Below, one piece after another: positions 57,122 to 64,000 of a stretch of DNA of 64,000 bases; the first letter of the stretch is position 1, and each line of letters opens with the position of its first letter. The notes beneath the pieces are model-generated. The model saw only the letters and a list, made by a program, of their open reading frames with translations. It did not search any database and was not told where the DNA came from. The DNA comes from a virus (lineage: Duplodnaviria; Heunggongvirae; Uroviricota; Caudoviricetes). The translations under genes and the position numbers were made by a program. The stretch spans positions 29,092 through 93,091 of IMG/VR virus record IMGVR_UViG_3300032516_000008; one strand, written 5' to 3'.

Positions 57122-58015
57122 ATGTTGAATACTGGATTTAGCGAGATCACTGAAGAGCGAGTAAAGTATACAGGAAATGGTTTCTGGTACTGTGAACTTG
57201 CTTTAACAGGAGTATGCAACTTTCATTGTAAGTATTGCAATAGACTAAGATCAGAAATCGATTATGAAACTGTTCGCAAATTCATTTACGCTGAACGAAA
57301 TTCTTTACGCCACATTCAATTGACGGGCGGAGAACCTACAACCAGTATTTATTTGTACTACTTATGCAGTTTTATAAAGGCTCACAAAATCAGGTTAGGG
57401 CTTTCAACAAATGGTTCTGCATCATTAGATTTGTACAAAGGTCTTCATGTAGATATGTTTTCGATATCACTTGATGATTATGATACTCAAATACTGATTA
57501 ATCGAGGTTATGAAAATCCTCAGCGTGTAATCGATAACATCAAAGCGCTATCTAAATTGACGTATGTCAACGTTGGTATTGTAATTGACTCACTCAATCG
57601 AGATAGAATTGAACAGATCATTCAGTATGTCCTTGGGCTTGGCGTACATGACATAAAGTTGTCAATTTCAACACATGATGAAGTCATGCCTGTATTTAGT
57701 GATTGCGATTATTCAAAGTATCCTATTTTGAATTATCGCGTGACAAGATTCAGACAAGGTAAAAACATGCGAGGGATTGATAGACCTTTCAAGTGCGAGA
57801 TTGCAAAGAGTGATATCTCTATAGTAGGTACAAAACATTATCCTTGTTTAGTTTATGCTAGAGAAAAGGGTAATGCTATTGGTGAAATGTCAGGAGACAT
57901 TAAAACAGATCGATTGAAGTGGTATAAGAAACACGAACCGAAAAATGATCCTATTTGTAGTAAGTATTGTATGGATTTCAAGTGTGATTTCAATCTAGCA
58001 GTTGGAGAGAAATAA
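57122..58015 (+). CDS. radical SAM enzyme (MoaA/viperin-like core) with C-terminal Cys-rich auxiliary-cluster-like region
   Basis: CNFHCKYC (C-x3-C-x2-C), QLTGGEPT, and C-terminal C...C..C plus CSKYCMDFKC. Confidence 0.6.
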   Translation: MLNTGFSEITEERVKYTGNGFWYCELALTGVCNFHCKYCNRLRSEIDYETVRKFIYAERNSLRHIQLTGGEPTTSIYLYYLCSFIKAHKIRLGLSTNGSASLDLYKGLHVDMFSISLDDYDTQILINRGYENPQRVIDNIKALSKLTYVNVGIVIDSLNRDRIEQIIQYVLGLGVHDIKLSISTHDEVMPVFSDCDYSKYPILNYRVTRFRQGKNMRGIDRPFKCEIAKSDISIVGTKHYPCLVYAREKGNAIGEMSGDIKTDRLKWYKKHEPKNDPICSKYCMDFKCDFNLAVGEK

Positions 58016-58197
58016 ATGCCATCAGATATAAGAGGTGGTAGAGGCAGAAGTGCTATTTACAATTGGCGTGTCAAGTGCGGCAATAAAGAGGTGTTTTCTA
58101 ACCCAGTTAAAGTTGTATGTAGTGTTTTTATTAGAGAAAACAAAAAGAAGTTTCAGAAATTGAAATTAGTTCCGCCAAATTATTAGTAGGAGAAGAA

Positions 58198-58407
58198 ATG
58201 AAGAAAAAACACCGTGATATAATTGTAAACGGACTGCCTTACGCATGGACTTATCAGCAAAGTGAGCAAGGTGGTGAATTAAAGATATGGAAGAATAAAA
58301 AAGTCATCTACAAAAGTCAAGTGGAAAGTACTGTGTCAGTTACGCCGGCATACGTTGCAGAGTTGATAACAGCTACAGAGGATTTCGGTGACGTGTCAAG
58401 TAAATAG
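58198..58407 (+). CDS. small hypothetical protein
   Basis: GGAG ribosome-binding site. Confidence 0.35.
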   Translation: MKKKHRDIIVNGLPYAWTYQQSEQGGELKIWKNKKVIYKSQVESTVSVTPAYVAELITATEDFGDVSSK

Positions 58408-58809
58408 TTAGTCATCAAATATAAAGCCCGAACCATTTGACAGCTTGTCTAATATCTCTCCGAAATTGCTACTATCAATTTTCCTGCTATAGATTGTCAA
58501 TTTGTCGACCAACAAACTTATCACTAAATCATTGTCATCATCTTTCACTTCAAATTCATACCTCATGTCTTTGTTTGCTAAATCTTCATTTATTATCTGC
58601 ACTCGCTTTCTTACAGTTTCACGATAATCAAATTGCTTTTTCTTACGAGACAGTTTTTGCGCAAACTGTTTCTTGACAATAACATCACTTTTGACTTTTT
58701 CTGAAAACACTATTCCTTCTACGACATGTGATGGCAACTTAAACACTGGAGTAGAAGGGTTCACTCTCATAGTGATATAGTCACGATCAAAACATAAGAA
58801 AATAATCAT
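58408..58809 (-). CDS. hypothetical protein (only minus-strand gene in this region)
   Basis: ORF. Confidence 0.35.
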   Translation of the reverse strand: MIIFLCFDRDYITMRVNPSTPVFKLPSHVVEGIVFSEKVKSDVIVKKQFAQKLSRKKKQFDYRETVRKRVQIINEDLANKDMRYEFEVKDDDNDLVISLLVDKLTIYSRKIDSSNFGEILDKLSNGSGFIFDD

Positions 58810-58845
58810 TTGATAAGAACGTAATTTCAGTAGATTGGAGGCTAT

Positions 58846-59184
58846 ATGTCTTTTATCAAACGACTCATTGCTAAAATACGTGCTAGAAAAAACAAACCTG
58901 ATATTTATGTAGGCGTATTACCTCAAAGCACTCAAAACACTGTTATAGAAAAAAATGATTGGGAACTTGAATCTTCAGCTACGTCTGACAAAGTTCTAAA
59001 AGTCAAATATCAAGAAAAGTACGGTGCTGAAAAAACTGTCTATTGTATGGCTGTCTTTTATAATAGCAAAACTCGAGTGTATAAACTAGATGCTCCGTGG
59101 TTTCAAAGCGTAACACTTGAACAAGAAAATCTTGTAAGTAAAGATATTGTACTAATTAACAAGACAGAGATGCCGCAAGGATAA
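58846..59184 (+). CDS. hypothetical protein
   Basis: GGAGG ribosome-binding site. Confidence 0.4.
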   Translation: MSFIKRLIAKIRARKNKPDIYVGVLPQSTQNTVIEKNDWELESSATSDKVLKVKYQEKYGAEKTVYCMAVFYNSKTRVYKLDAPWFQSVTLEQENLVSKDIVLINKTEMPQG

Positions 59185-59187
59185 ATA

Positions 59188-59604
59188 ATGAAACATATTG
59201 CAAAAATTCAGAAGGAGTTTTTGAAAGTCGCTTTAGACGACTTGATGCTAAACAAAGGATCATTAGTCAAGTTGCAAGGCGTACCATTTGAACTTAAGGA
59301 TAACACTGCTGTTGCAGGAAAACAAGAAAATCTTGATTTGGTAGCTACTAACAAGGAACCAAGTTTCTTTCAGGGTACTAAGTATCGCGACCCAACTGAT
59401 GTGGAACTTCTAGAAATACATGAAAGTGGGCCTACAGGTGAAGATTTGATGAAAGGTTTCGGCTATGCTATGATCGGAAGAGGCATGTTGAATAATGACA
59501 ATAAGGCCATGATTATCAGTGCCATTGAGAGACTGTGCAAACTACAATCAAGTAATAAAGGGTACTGGGCAGCTTTAGAACAAGCAAAGTCTATGAGTCG
59601 TTAG
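59188..59604 (+). CDS. MKHxAxIQxEFL-leader family protein 1
   Basis: N-terminus MKHIAKIQKEFL. TAAATAATG stop-start coupling. Confidence 0.5.
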   Translation: MKHIAKIQKEFLKVALDDLMLNKGSLVKLQGVPFELKDNTAVAGKQENLDLVATNKEPSFFQGTKYRDPTDVELLEIHESGPTGEDLMKGFGYAMIGRGMLNNDNKAMIISAIERLCKLQSSNKGYWAALEQAKSMSR

Positions 59605-59606
59605 TC

Positions 59607-59867
59607 ATGAAACATTTAGCTACTATACAGTGTGAGTTTTTGATTCAGGCGAAGCAATATAGCCGTCGATGGCTTAAGATGAATATGCAACAACAGCGAC
59701 AATATCTTGAGGATCATCCAGGATCAAAGAAAGTCGTAAATGCAAAACCATCAAAACGAAAAAAATATAGACTAAAGCCAAAGTATAAGAAGGTTCGTAA
59801 GAATGAGAAAATGCGGCAAATGAAAACAAATCGAACGATGGATACATTACTAGGAGTAAGTAAATGA
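59607..59867 (+). CDS. MKHLATIQ-leader family protein 2 (Lys-rich, HPGSKK motif)
   Basis: N-terminus MKHLATIQCEFL and W..QQQRQYLEDHPGSKK. Confidence 0.5.
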   Translation: MKHLATIQCEFLIQAKQYSRRWLKMNMQQQRQYLEDHPGSKKVVNAKPSKRKKYRLKPKYKKVRKNEKMRQMKTNRTMDTLLGVSK

Positions 59868-60349
59868 AACATCTAGCAATTATTCAGACAGAGTTTTTGA
59901 AGTCAGCGCGCAAATGGGAAGATTGGTCATTAGAAGATCAAAAGACTTATTTGAAACGACATCCTAAGTCTAAAAGACGCATACATAAATTCACAACGCC
60001 CGGTCAACAACGAGTTAAAGAAGAATTAGCTAGCAAATTTGATTCTGAACATCCTGCACGAAAAAAGGACCTTAAAAAGCTTACTAATTTATCGAGTCAA
60101 TTTGAAAAAGATAAGTTCGAAGTACGTGAAGATTTTGAGGATAACGTTTTTACTGTTACAAACAAAAAAGGTTTTGAGACAGTGTTCAGATTGACAAATA
60201 AAGGTAACTTTACTGCGATTGTAGAAGGTTATTCAAGTGATATTCCTCTCGGTGACGTTGGTAAAACTTACAAAGACTTAAAAGAAATCGTAAGGTCTAT
60301 CAATAAATCGTGGATGAAAGAAAATGACCCACATGGAAATGAGTGGTAA
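59864..60349 (+). CDS. MKHLAIIQ-leader family protein 3
   Basis: N-terminus MKHLAIIQTEFL and EDQKTYLKRHPKSKRR. Confidence 0.5.
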   Translation: MKHLAIIQTEFLKSARKWEDWSLEDQKTYLKRHPKSKRRIHKFTTPGQQRVKEELASKFDSEHPARKKDLKKLTNLSSQFEKDKFEVREDFEDNVFTVTNKKGFETVFRLTNKGNFTAIVEGYSSDIPLGDVGKTYKDLKEIVRSINKSWMKENDPHGNEW

Positions 60350-60350
60350 T

Positions 60351-61388
60351 ATGAAACATTTAGCCACTATCAGCAAAGAATTTGTTGAAAAAATTGCAAA
60401 AACGTATTGGGACGACCTTAGCTACTTTGAACAACGACATTACATCCAAACTCATCCAAAAACTACTAAGAGGATAACTGCTACTCCTCCAGTAGCTGAC
60501 AAGGGTCAACAAATGTGTCCCTTGTGCCACACTAAATTTGTTGACAGAGACAAGACGTTAGCTCATATTAGAGATTTTCATTCGTTTACTGATACTACTC
60601 CAGAAACTATGGAAGCTTACAATTCATTCAAGAAAGTTCGCGATCGTGCTAAAAAGACAAAATTTGCAGAACTACTACCACCTCTATCTAGACCCAATGA
60701 AGAAATACATGATGCCATTTTCAAGAACTACGGTAGAAGCGCTCGTCAACAATTACAAAAACTAAAAGAACCAGTCAAATACGTATTTGTAGGTGAAGGT
60801 GGCGAATACGTCAAAAATGAATCTAAATTTTATGACAACTTAGTAAGCAAACTCAAACTTACAACAGTATTTGATGAATCATCTGGTGATGAACCACAAT
60901 CTGTTATAGCTGACATATCTCAAGGTGACAAAGAACAAGTAATTACTGGCAAATCTGGCGGTGAATACATACATATGCGAATAGCCATGGGCAATATTGA
61001 CGGCTCAACTGTTGTAGTTCATGATTTTGAACGTCAAGGCACGACATATGTAAAACCATCAAATCGCCCGATGCCCTACACAACTTCCGGCATTGAACTA
61101 TTCATCGGTGCTACAGATGAAGAAAACAAAACCTGGGAACAAAGAAAACAAGAAAAAATAAATCGACCACCCAGAAAAGATAGACCTCTAACTGAAGATC
61201 GAGTAAGACGCTTAGGTAGACAAATTGCTCGTGAACTCAAATCAGATGACAAATATGATGATTCAGCAGTATATGATGTAGCAGAAAACTACTTAGTAAC
61301 TACACCCGGCCTAAAAGACTTCTTTACGAATAAAGGTGTTAAAGAACAGTTCATGTCGGCTGCATTCGCAGATTATATAAGTCTCTAA
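60351..61388 (+). CDS. MKHLATIS-leader family protein 4 (C2H2-like CPLCH...H segment)
   Basis: The internal Met at 60351 gives MKHLATISKEFV, plus FEQRHYIQTHPKTTKR. Track ORF starts at 60324. Confidence 0.5.
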   Translation: MKHLATISKEFVEKIAKTYWDDLSYFEQRHYIQTHPKTTKRITATPPVADKGQQMCPLCHTKFVDRDKTLAHIRDFHSFTDTTPETMEAYNSFKKVRDRAKKTKFAELLPPLSRPNEEIHDAIFKNYGRSARQQLQKLKEPVKYVFVGEGGEYVKNESKFYDNLVSKLKLTTVFDESSGDEPQSVIADISQGDKEQVITGKSGGEYIHMRIAMGNIDGSTVVVHDFERQGTTYVKPSNRPMPYTTSGIELFIGATDEENKTWEQRKQEKINRPPRKDRPLTEDRVRRLGRQIARELKSDDKYDDSAVYDVAENYLVTTPGLKDFFTNKGVKEQFMSAAFADYISL

Positions 61389-61399
61389 CAATAGGGGGA

Positions 61400-61624
61400 T
61401 TGATGAAGAAGCTGATTCTGTTTACTGTCTGTTTTGTTTTTGCAACTGTTGCAGCACAACAAGTCACTGCAAAAAAAGAGTCCAAGTCTGTTGAAACAGC
61501 GAAAGTCGTTGCTGTCGCTGAAACCACAAAGGTCGTAACTTGCGATACGACTCTAATTATCAAGATACTCACGACGACGACCACTACAGCGACAAAAGTT
61601 GACACGCTCAAAAAGGCCAAGTAA
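61400..61624 (+). CDS. small secreted protein, paralog A
   Basis: N-terminal signal peptide and Thr-rich sequence. GGGGGATTGATG ribosome-binding site. Confidence 0.4.
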   Translation: MMKKLILFTVCFVFATVAAQQVTAKKESKSVETAKVVAVAETTKVVTCDTTLIIKILTTTTTTATKVDTLKKAK

Positions 61625-61642
61625 ACACCCAAAAAGGAGATA

Positions 61643-61855
61643 ATGATGAAGCTCGGTAAAAAGTCTAGTATTGTGGTAGTTGCTATTATTGCAGCTGCAA
61701 TTATTACTGGCGGTTTGATGCTGTCAAACAGTGCTAAAAAGTCAGAGGCAAAGCCCGCAACTACAACAGCAATTGCTAAAGTAGACACTGTAACAACGAT
61801 AATGGTTGACACTGTCAAAACTACTAAAGTCAAAGAAGTAGCTAAAAAGAAGTAA
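61643..61855 (+). CDS. small membrane-anchored protein, paralog B
   Basis: AAGGAG ribosome-binding site, transmembrane helix, KVDTV/TTT motifs shared with paralog A. Confidence 0.4.
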   Translation: MMKLGKKSSIVVVAIIAAAIITGGLMLSNSAKKSEAKPATTTAIAKVDTVTTIMVDTVKTTKVKEVAKKK

Positions 61856-61865
61856 ACACAATTAA

Positions 61866-61897
61866 GTAGCGCTTCAGTAATGAGGCGCTACTTTCAA
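61866..61897 (+). terminator. rho-independent terminator
   Basis: AGTAGCGC-ttcagtaatgag-GCGCTACT followed by TTTC. Confidence 0.6.
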
Positions 61898-62620
61898 ACT
61901 GCTACATTTAACATCCAGCTATAAAGTCATTGATGAAATTTGCATAATATATTTCATGCAACTAACTTATAAATTCACTTCTAAACATACTAACGCTAGC
62001 AAACTAGAGTCTATACGAGAACTCTCTAAAGTTTACCAGAAATACTATAATACATTATTTAGTGAAGAGTTAATAATCACTGGAGTGATTCTATCACTTA
62101 TGTTAGAAAGTAACGAGTCAATGTTAGCTTTCGCTTGTTGTTCGCATGTTTGCTTGTATCGTTCTGAAAAGTTCTCATTAGAGAATTTTTCTATTATAGG
62201 TAGATATTTGGGTAGTGACCCGTTTTTGTAGAAGTCGTGTAGGCTTTTAGACACGACTGATACTAAAATAATTCTTCATTATATCAATAAATATCATCTA
62301 TGGTTTCGTGAGTCAGTCAAGATAAGAAATACAGACGTCCCTCAAGAGCTAATGAAACTAGTAAGTTTGGTTTATCTACGCTTGTTAAAGTGATTATTGT
62401 TTTATATTCTCAGGAATATTCAAGAAAACCTGAATACTTTGAAAAACACGAGAGTGTAATGCAAACCCTACAACTTCATACTGCACCTATAAAACGTGTC
62501 AAGCGACACGCAGTGTTGGGGTTGTCCTATTTATCATGGCTATCAGTTGGATACGAAGGCTATGATAAATCGTGGACAGGCGGGGCTTGAGTTAATCCTA
62601 AACACTTAGGCTAAACACAA

Positions 62621-62656
62621 AACCCCGCCGGTCAAATCGATCGACGGGGTTTTTCT
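62621..62656 (+). terminator. rho-independent terminator
   Basis: CCCCGCCG...CGACGGGG followed by TTTTTC. Confidence 0.65.
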
Positions 62657-62858
62657 ATTTTAGGGAGGCTCGCCATGGACAAATTTGAAGTCTCAAAATG
62701 CTTCCTCCCTAAAGACACATTTGACGATTTTGTTGAAATGGCAAAACAAGAACAAAAATGGGGCCGGAAACCAAAACCAATCACAAAATTGGTCTGGCAA
62801 AATGATAACTTGAAAGGAGCGAGTCCAAATGGACAGTGACAAATCTGACAAACGTTTG

Positions 62859-62948
62859 GGCTCCGTCACCTAGCGGATCGAGGGTAACAGATTTTTAATC
62901 TGTCTGAGCTTACGGCTCACATCGCAGGTTCAAATCCTGCCGGGGCCA
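62859..62948 (+). tRNA. type II (long variable arm) tRNA with anticodon TTT; identity ambiguous (Leu/Ser-like body, Lys anticodon)
   Basis: Acceptor GGCTCCG/CGGGGCC (one GU pair), 3-bp D-stem with 12-nt D-loop, anticodon arm ACAGA-TTTTTAA-TCTGT, variable arm TGAGC-ttacg-GCTCA, T-arm GCAGG-TTCAAAT-CCTGC, discriminator A. Confidence 0.55.
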
Positions 62949-62958
62949 CTGAATTTAT

Positions 62959-63036
62959 GGTGGATGTAGCTCAATTGGCTAGAGCATCGGATCGTGATTC
63001 CGAAGGTTGTGGGTTCGAGGCCCATCATTCACCCCA
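62959..63036 (+). tRNA. tRNA-His (anticodon GTG) with encoded G-1 and CCA
   Basis: G-1 pairs with discriminator C73. Acceptor GTGGATG/CATTCAC, D-arm GCTC-AATTGGCTA-GAGC, anticodon arm TCGGA-TCGTGAT-TCCGA, T-arm GTGGG-TTCGAGG-CCCAT. Confidence 0.7.
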
Positions 63037-63090
63037 AGCTAGTTGCATGATTCAATTGACAATTACTAGTGATCTTTGAAATAAGTAAAT

Positions 63091-63164
63091 GCCCGCATAA
63101 CTCAGTTGGCTAGAGTAAGTCACTTTTAATGACTAAGCCGTTGGTTCAAATCCAACTGCGGGTA
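63091..63164 (+). tRNA. tRNA-Lys (anticodon TTT)
   Basis: Acceptor GCCCGCA/TGCGGGT, D-arm ACTC-AGTTGGCTA-GAGT, anticodon arm AGTCA-CTTTTAA-TGACT, T-arm GTTGG-TTCAAAT-CCAAC. Confidence 0.8.
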
Positions 63165-63178
63165 CTTACATTGAATTA

Positions 63179-63255
63179 GGGCGCGTAGCAAAGTTGATTA
63201 ATGCACTTGATTCTTAATCAAGAGATCGTCAGTTTGAACCTGACCGCGCTCACCA
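63179..63255 (+). tRNA. tRNA-Lys (anticodon CTT), CCA encoded
   Basis: Acceptor GGGCGCG/CGCGCTC, anticodon arm CTTGA-TTCTTAA-TCAAG, T-arm GTCAG-TTTGAAC-CTGAC. Confidence 0.65.
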
Positions 63256-63307
63256 GTTAAAGCTCTTTGACATATTGATGATGAAGCACATTTGAGAACG
63301 TAATTAC

Positions 63308-63391
63308 GCGAGGATGGCGGAATTGGCAGACGCACTGGGCTTAGGACCCAGCGGAAGTAATTCCTTGCGAGTTCAACTCTCGCTCTTCGCA
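63308..63391 (+). tRNA. tRNA-Leu (anticodon TAG), type II
   Basis: Acceptor GCGAGGA/TCTTCGC, D-arm GCGGAATTGGCAGACGC (Leu-like), anticodon arm CTGGG-CTTAGGA-CCCAG, variable arm GGAA-gtaa-TTCC, T-arm GCGAG-TTCAACT-CTCGC. Confidence 0.8.
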
Positions 63392-63498
63392 TATTATACA
63401 AGATCAAACTTAGAACCGGAAACGGTACCAGTTCCCAAGGCACTCGACAGTGTGCCGGCAGGACTGGTCGTAGGAATGATCAACTGTCAGAATTTCTT

Positions 63499-63581
63499 GC
63501 GGATGTGGTGAAATGGTAAACACACTACTTTGAGGTGGTAGCGGGAGCAATCTCGTGCAGGTTCAAGTCCTGTCATCCGCA
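63499..63581 (+). tRNA. tRNA-Leu (anticodon GAG), type II
   Basis: Acceptor GCGGATG/CATCCGC, anticodon arm CTACT-TTGAGGT-GGTAG, long variable arm, T-arm GCAGG-TTCAAGT-CCTGT, discriminator A. Confidence 0.7.
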
Positions 63582-63600
63582 TTTCGGAGTTGACTGTATT

Positions 63601-63674
63601 TGGGAGCGTAATTCAAAATGGTAGAATATCGGACCGTCTATCCGAAAGTTGCGGGATCATACCCCGTCGCTCCC
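63601..63674 (+). tRNA. tRNA-like gene, probable Asp (anticodon GTC) with atypical anticodon and T loops (possible pseudo-tRNA)
   Basis: Perfect acceptor GGGAGCG/CGCTCCC, D-arm ATTC-AAAATGGTA-GAAT, anticodon arm TCGGA-CCGTCTA-TCCGA (C33 and U37), T-arm GCGGG-ATCATAC-CCCGT (A54 and T58 swapped), discriminator G. Confidence 0.45.
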
Positions 63675-63762
63675 GTTAATATCTGCAGTACAACAGCATG
63701 GCATTAGATTGATCATCTATCTCATACACAAGTTAGACGATTTTTGCAAAAGTATGATAACT

Positions 63763-63835
63763 AGGCGTGTGGCTCAATGGTACAGCACCGGTCTCCAAAA
63801 CCGACACTTTGGGAGTTCAAATCTCTCCACGCCTG
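63763..63835 (+). tRNA. tRNA-Trp (anticodon CCA)
   Basis: Acceptor AGGCGTG/CACGCCT. Close overall match to E. coli tRNA-Trp (GGCTCAATGGTA...CACCGGTCTCCAAAACCG...GGGAGTTCAAATCTCTC). Confidence 0.8.
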
Positions 63836-63848
63836 ATTTTTAAGTTTT

Positions 63849-63926
63849 GCGGTAGTAGCCCAGTTGCTCTAAGGCGTCTGCCTTCCAAGCAGAATATCGC
63901 GAGTTGAAATCTCGCCTACCGCACCA
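63849..63926 (+). tRNA. tRNA-Gly (anticodon TCC), CCA encoded
   Basis: Acceptor GCGGTAG/CTACCGC, anticodon arm TCTGC-CTTCCAA-GCAGA, T-arm GCGAG-TTGAAAT-CTCGC. Confidence 0.75.
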
Positions 63927-63932
63927 AGTAAC

Positions 63933-64000
63933 GGCCCGTTCGTCTAGTGGTTAGGACACATGGTTTTCAACCATGCAGCACCAGTTCAATTCTGGTACGG
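63933..64000 (+). tRNA. tRNA-Glu (anticodon TTC), 3'-truncated by window end
   Basis: GGCCCGT TC GTCTAGTGGTTAGGAC, anticodon arm CATGG-TTTTCAA-CCATG, T-arm ACCAG-TTCAATT-CTGGT. Matches the E. coli tRNA-Glu D-arm. Confidence 0.7.

Noticed and set aside
61956-62590. ORFs 61956..62231(+), 62045..62254(-), 62390..62590(+) in the AT-rich spacer before the tRNA array
   Set aside because: There are no ribosome-binding sites, they overlap each other and their composition is typical of non-coding AT-rich DNA. The region more likely holds promoters or terminators for the tRNA array.
63198-63843. ORFs 63198..63443(-), 63314..63511(+), 63649..63843(+) in the terminal tRNA array
   Set aside because: Each spans one or more tRNA genes, so the protein-coding interpretation is implausible.
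1-64000. Integrase, excisionase, attachment sites or a prophage boundary
   Set aside because: No tyrosine or serine recombinase motifs were seen, and gene content (structural, replication, tRNAs) is continuous. The window appears to be internal to a lytic-type large phage genome rather than a host-prophage junction.

Overview
This window reads as part of a large, AT-rich tailed-phage genome, probably a jumbo phage; there is no integrase and no CRISPR array. It begins inside a baseplate J-like gene, followed by a 2157-aa tail-fibre protein built from at least 8 tandem Ig-like repeats and a tail-collar-like protein. Next come an FtsK/SpoIIIE-type translocase ATPase, a 958-aa structural protein, and a replication module (SF2 helicase, DnaD-like, DnaC-like loader, DnaB-like helicase). 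A DNA-repair and accessory set follows: PD-(D/E)xK nucleases including a Cas4-like Fe-S nuclease, NAD-dependent ligase LigA, family-X polymerase with a PHP domain, RNase H, and a Lar-like restriction-alleviation domain. Unusual cargo includes a full-length trigger-factor homolog, a YqiJ/NfeD plus flotillin (YqiK-like) pair, and two small radical SAM enzymes. The most striking feature is a self-contained minus-strand island (39.2-48.6 kb) bounded by bidirectional terminators. It encodes a glycan or glycosylation system: a Cst-II/GT42-like transferase, a 1128-aa four-domain GT2 - radical-SAM/SPASM - GT4 - GT-A enzyme, a GT10 fucosyltransferase-like protein, four SAM methyltransferases including a TylF-type sugar O-methyltransferase, and an adjacent Ser/Thr-rich Ig-like protein. 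No comparable phage system is known to me. The last 15 kb are a tRNA/translation island. It carries 16 tRNA genes, including an amber-suppressor tRNA(CUA), a long-variable-arm (type II) tRNA with anticodon UUU, and a tRNA-like gene with atypical loops. These are interleaved with RtcB RNA ligase, a PTH2 peptidyl-tRNA hydrolase, an HD(-GYP-like) phosphohydrolase, a truncated ligase-like ORF and two DUF559-type homing-endonuclease-like genes. A separate oddity is a paralogous gene family whose members all start with the peptide MKH(L/I)AxIQxEF(L/V); the FtsK-like gene 50 kb away carries the same motif.
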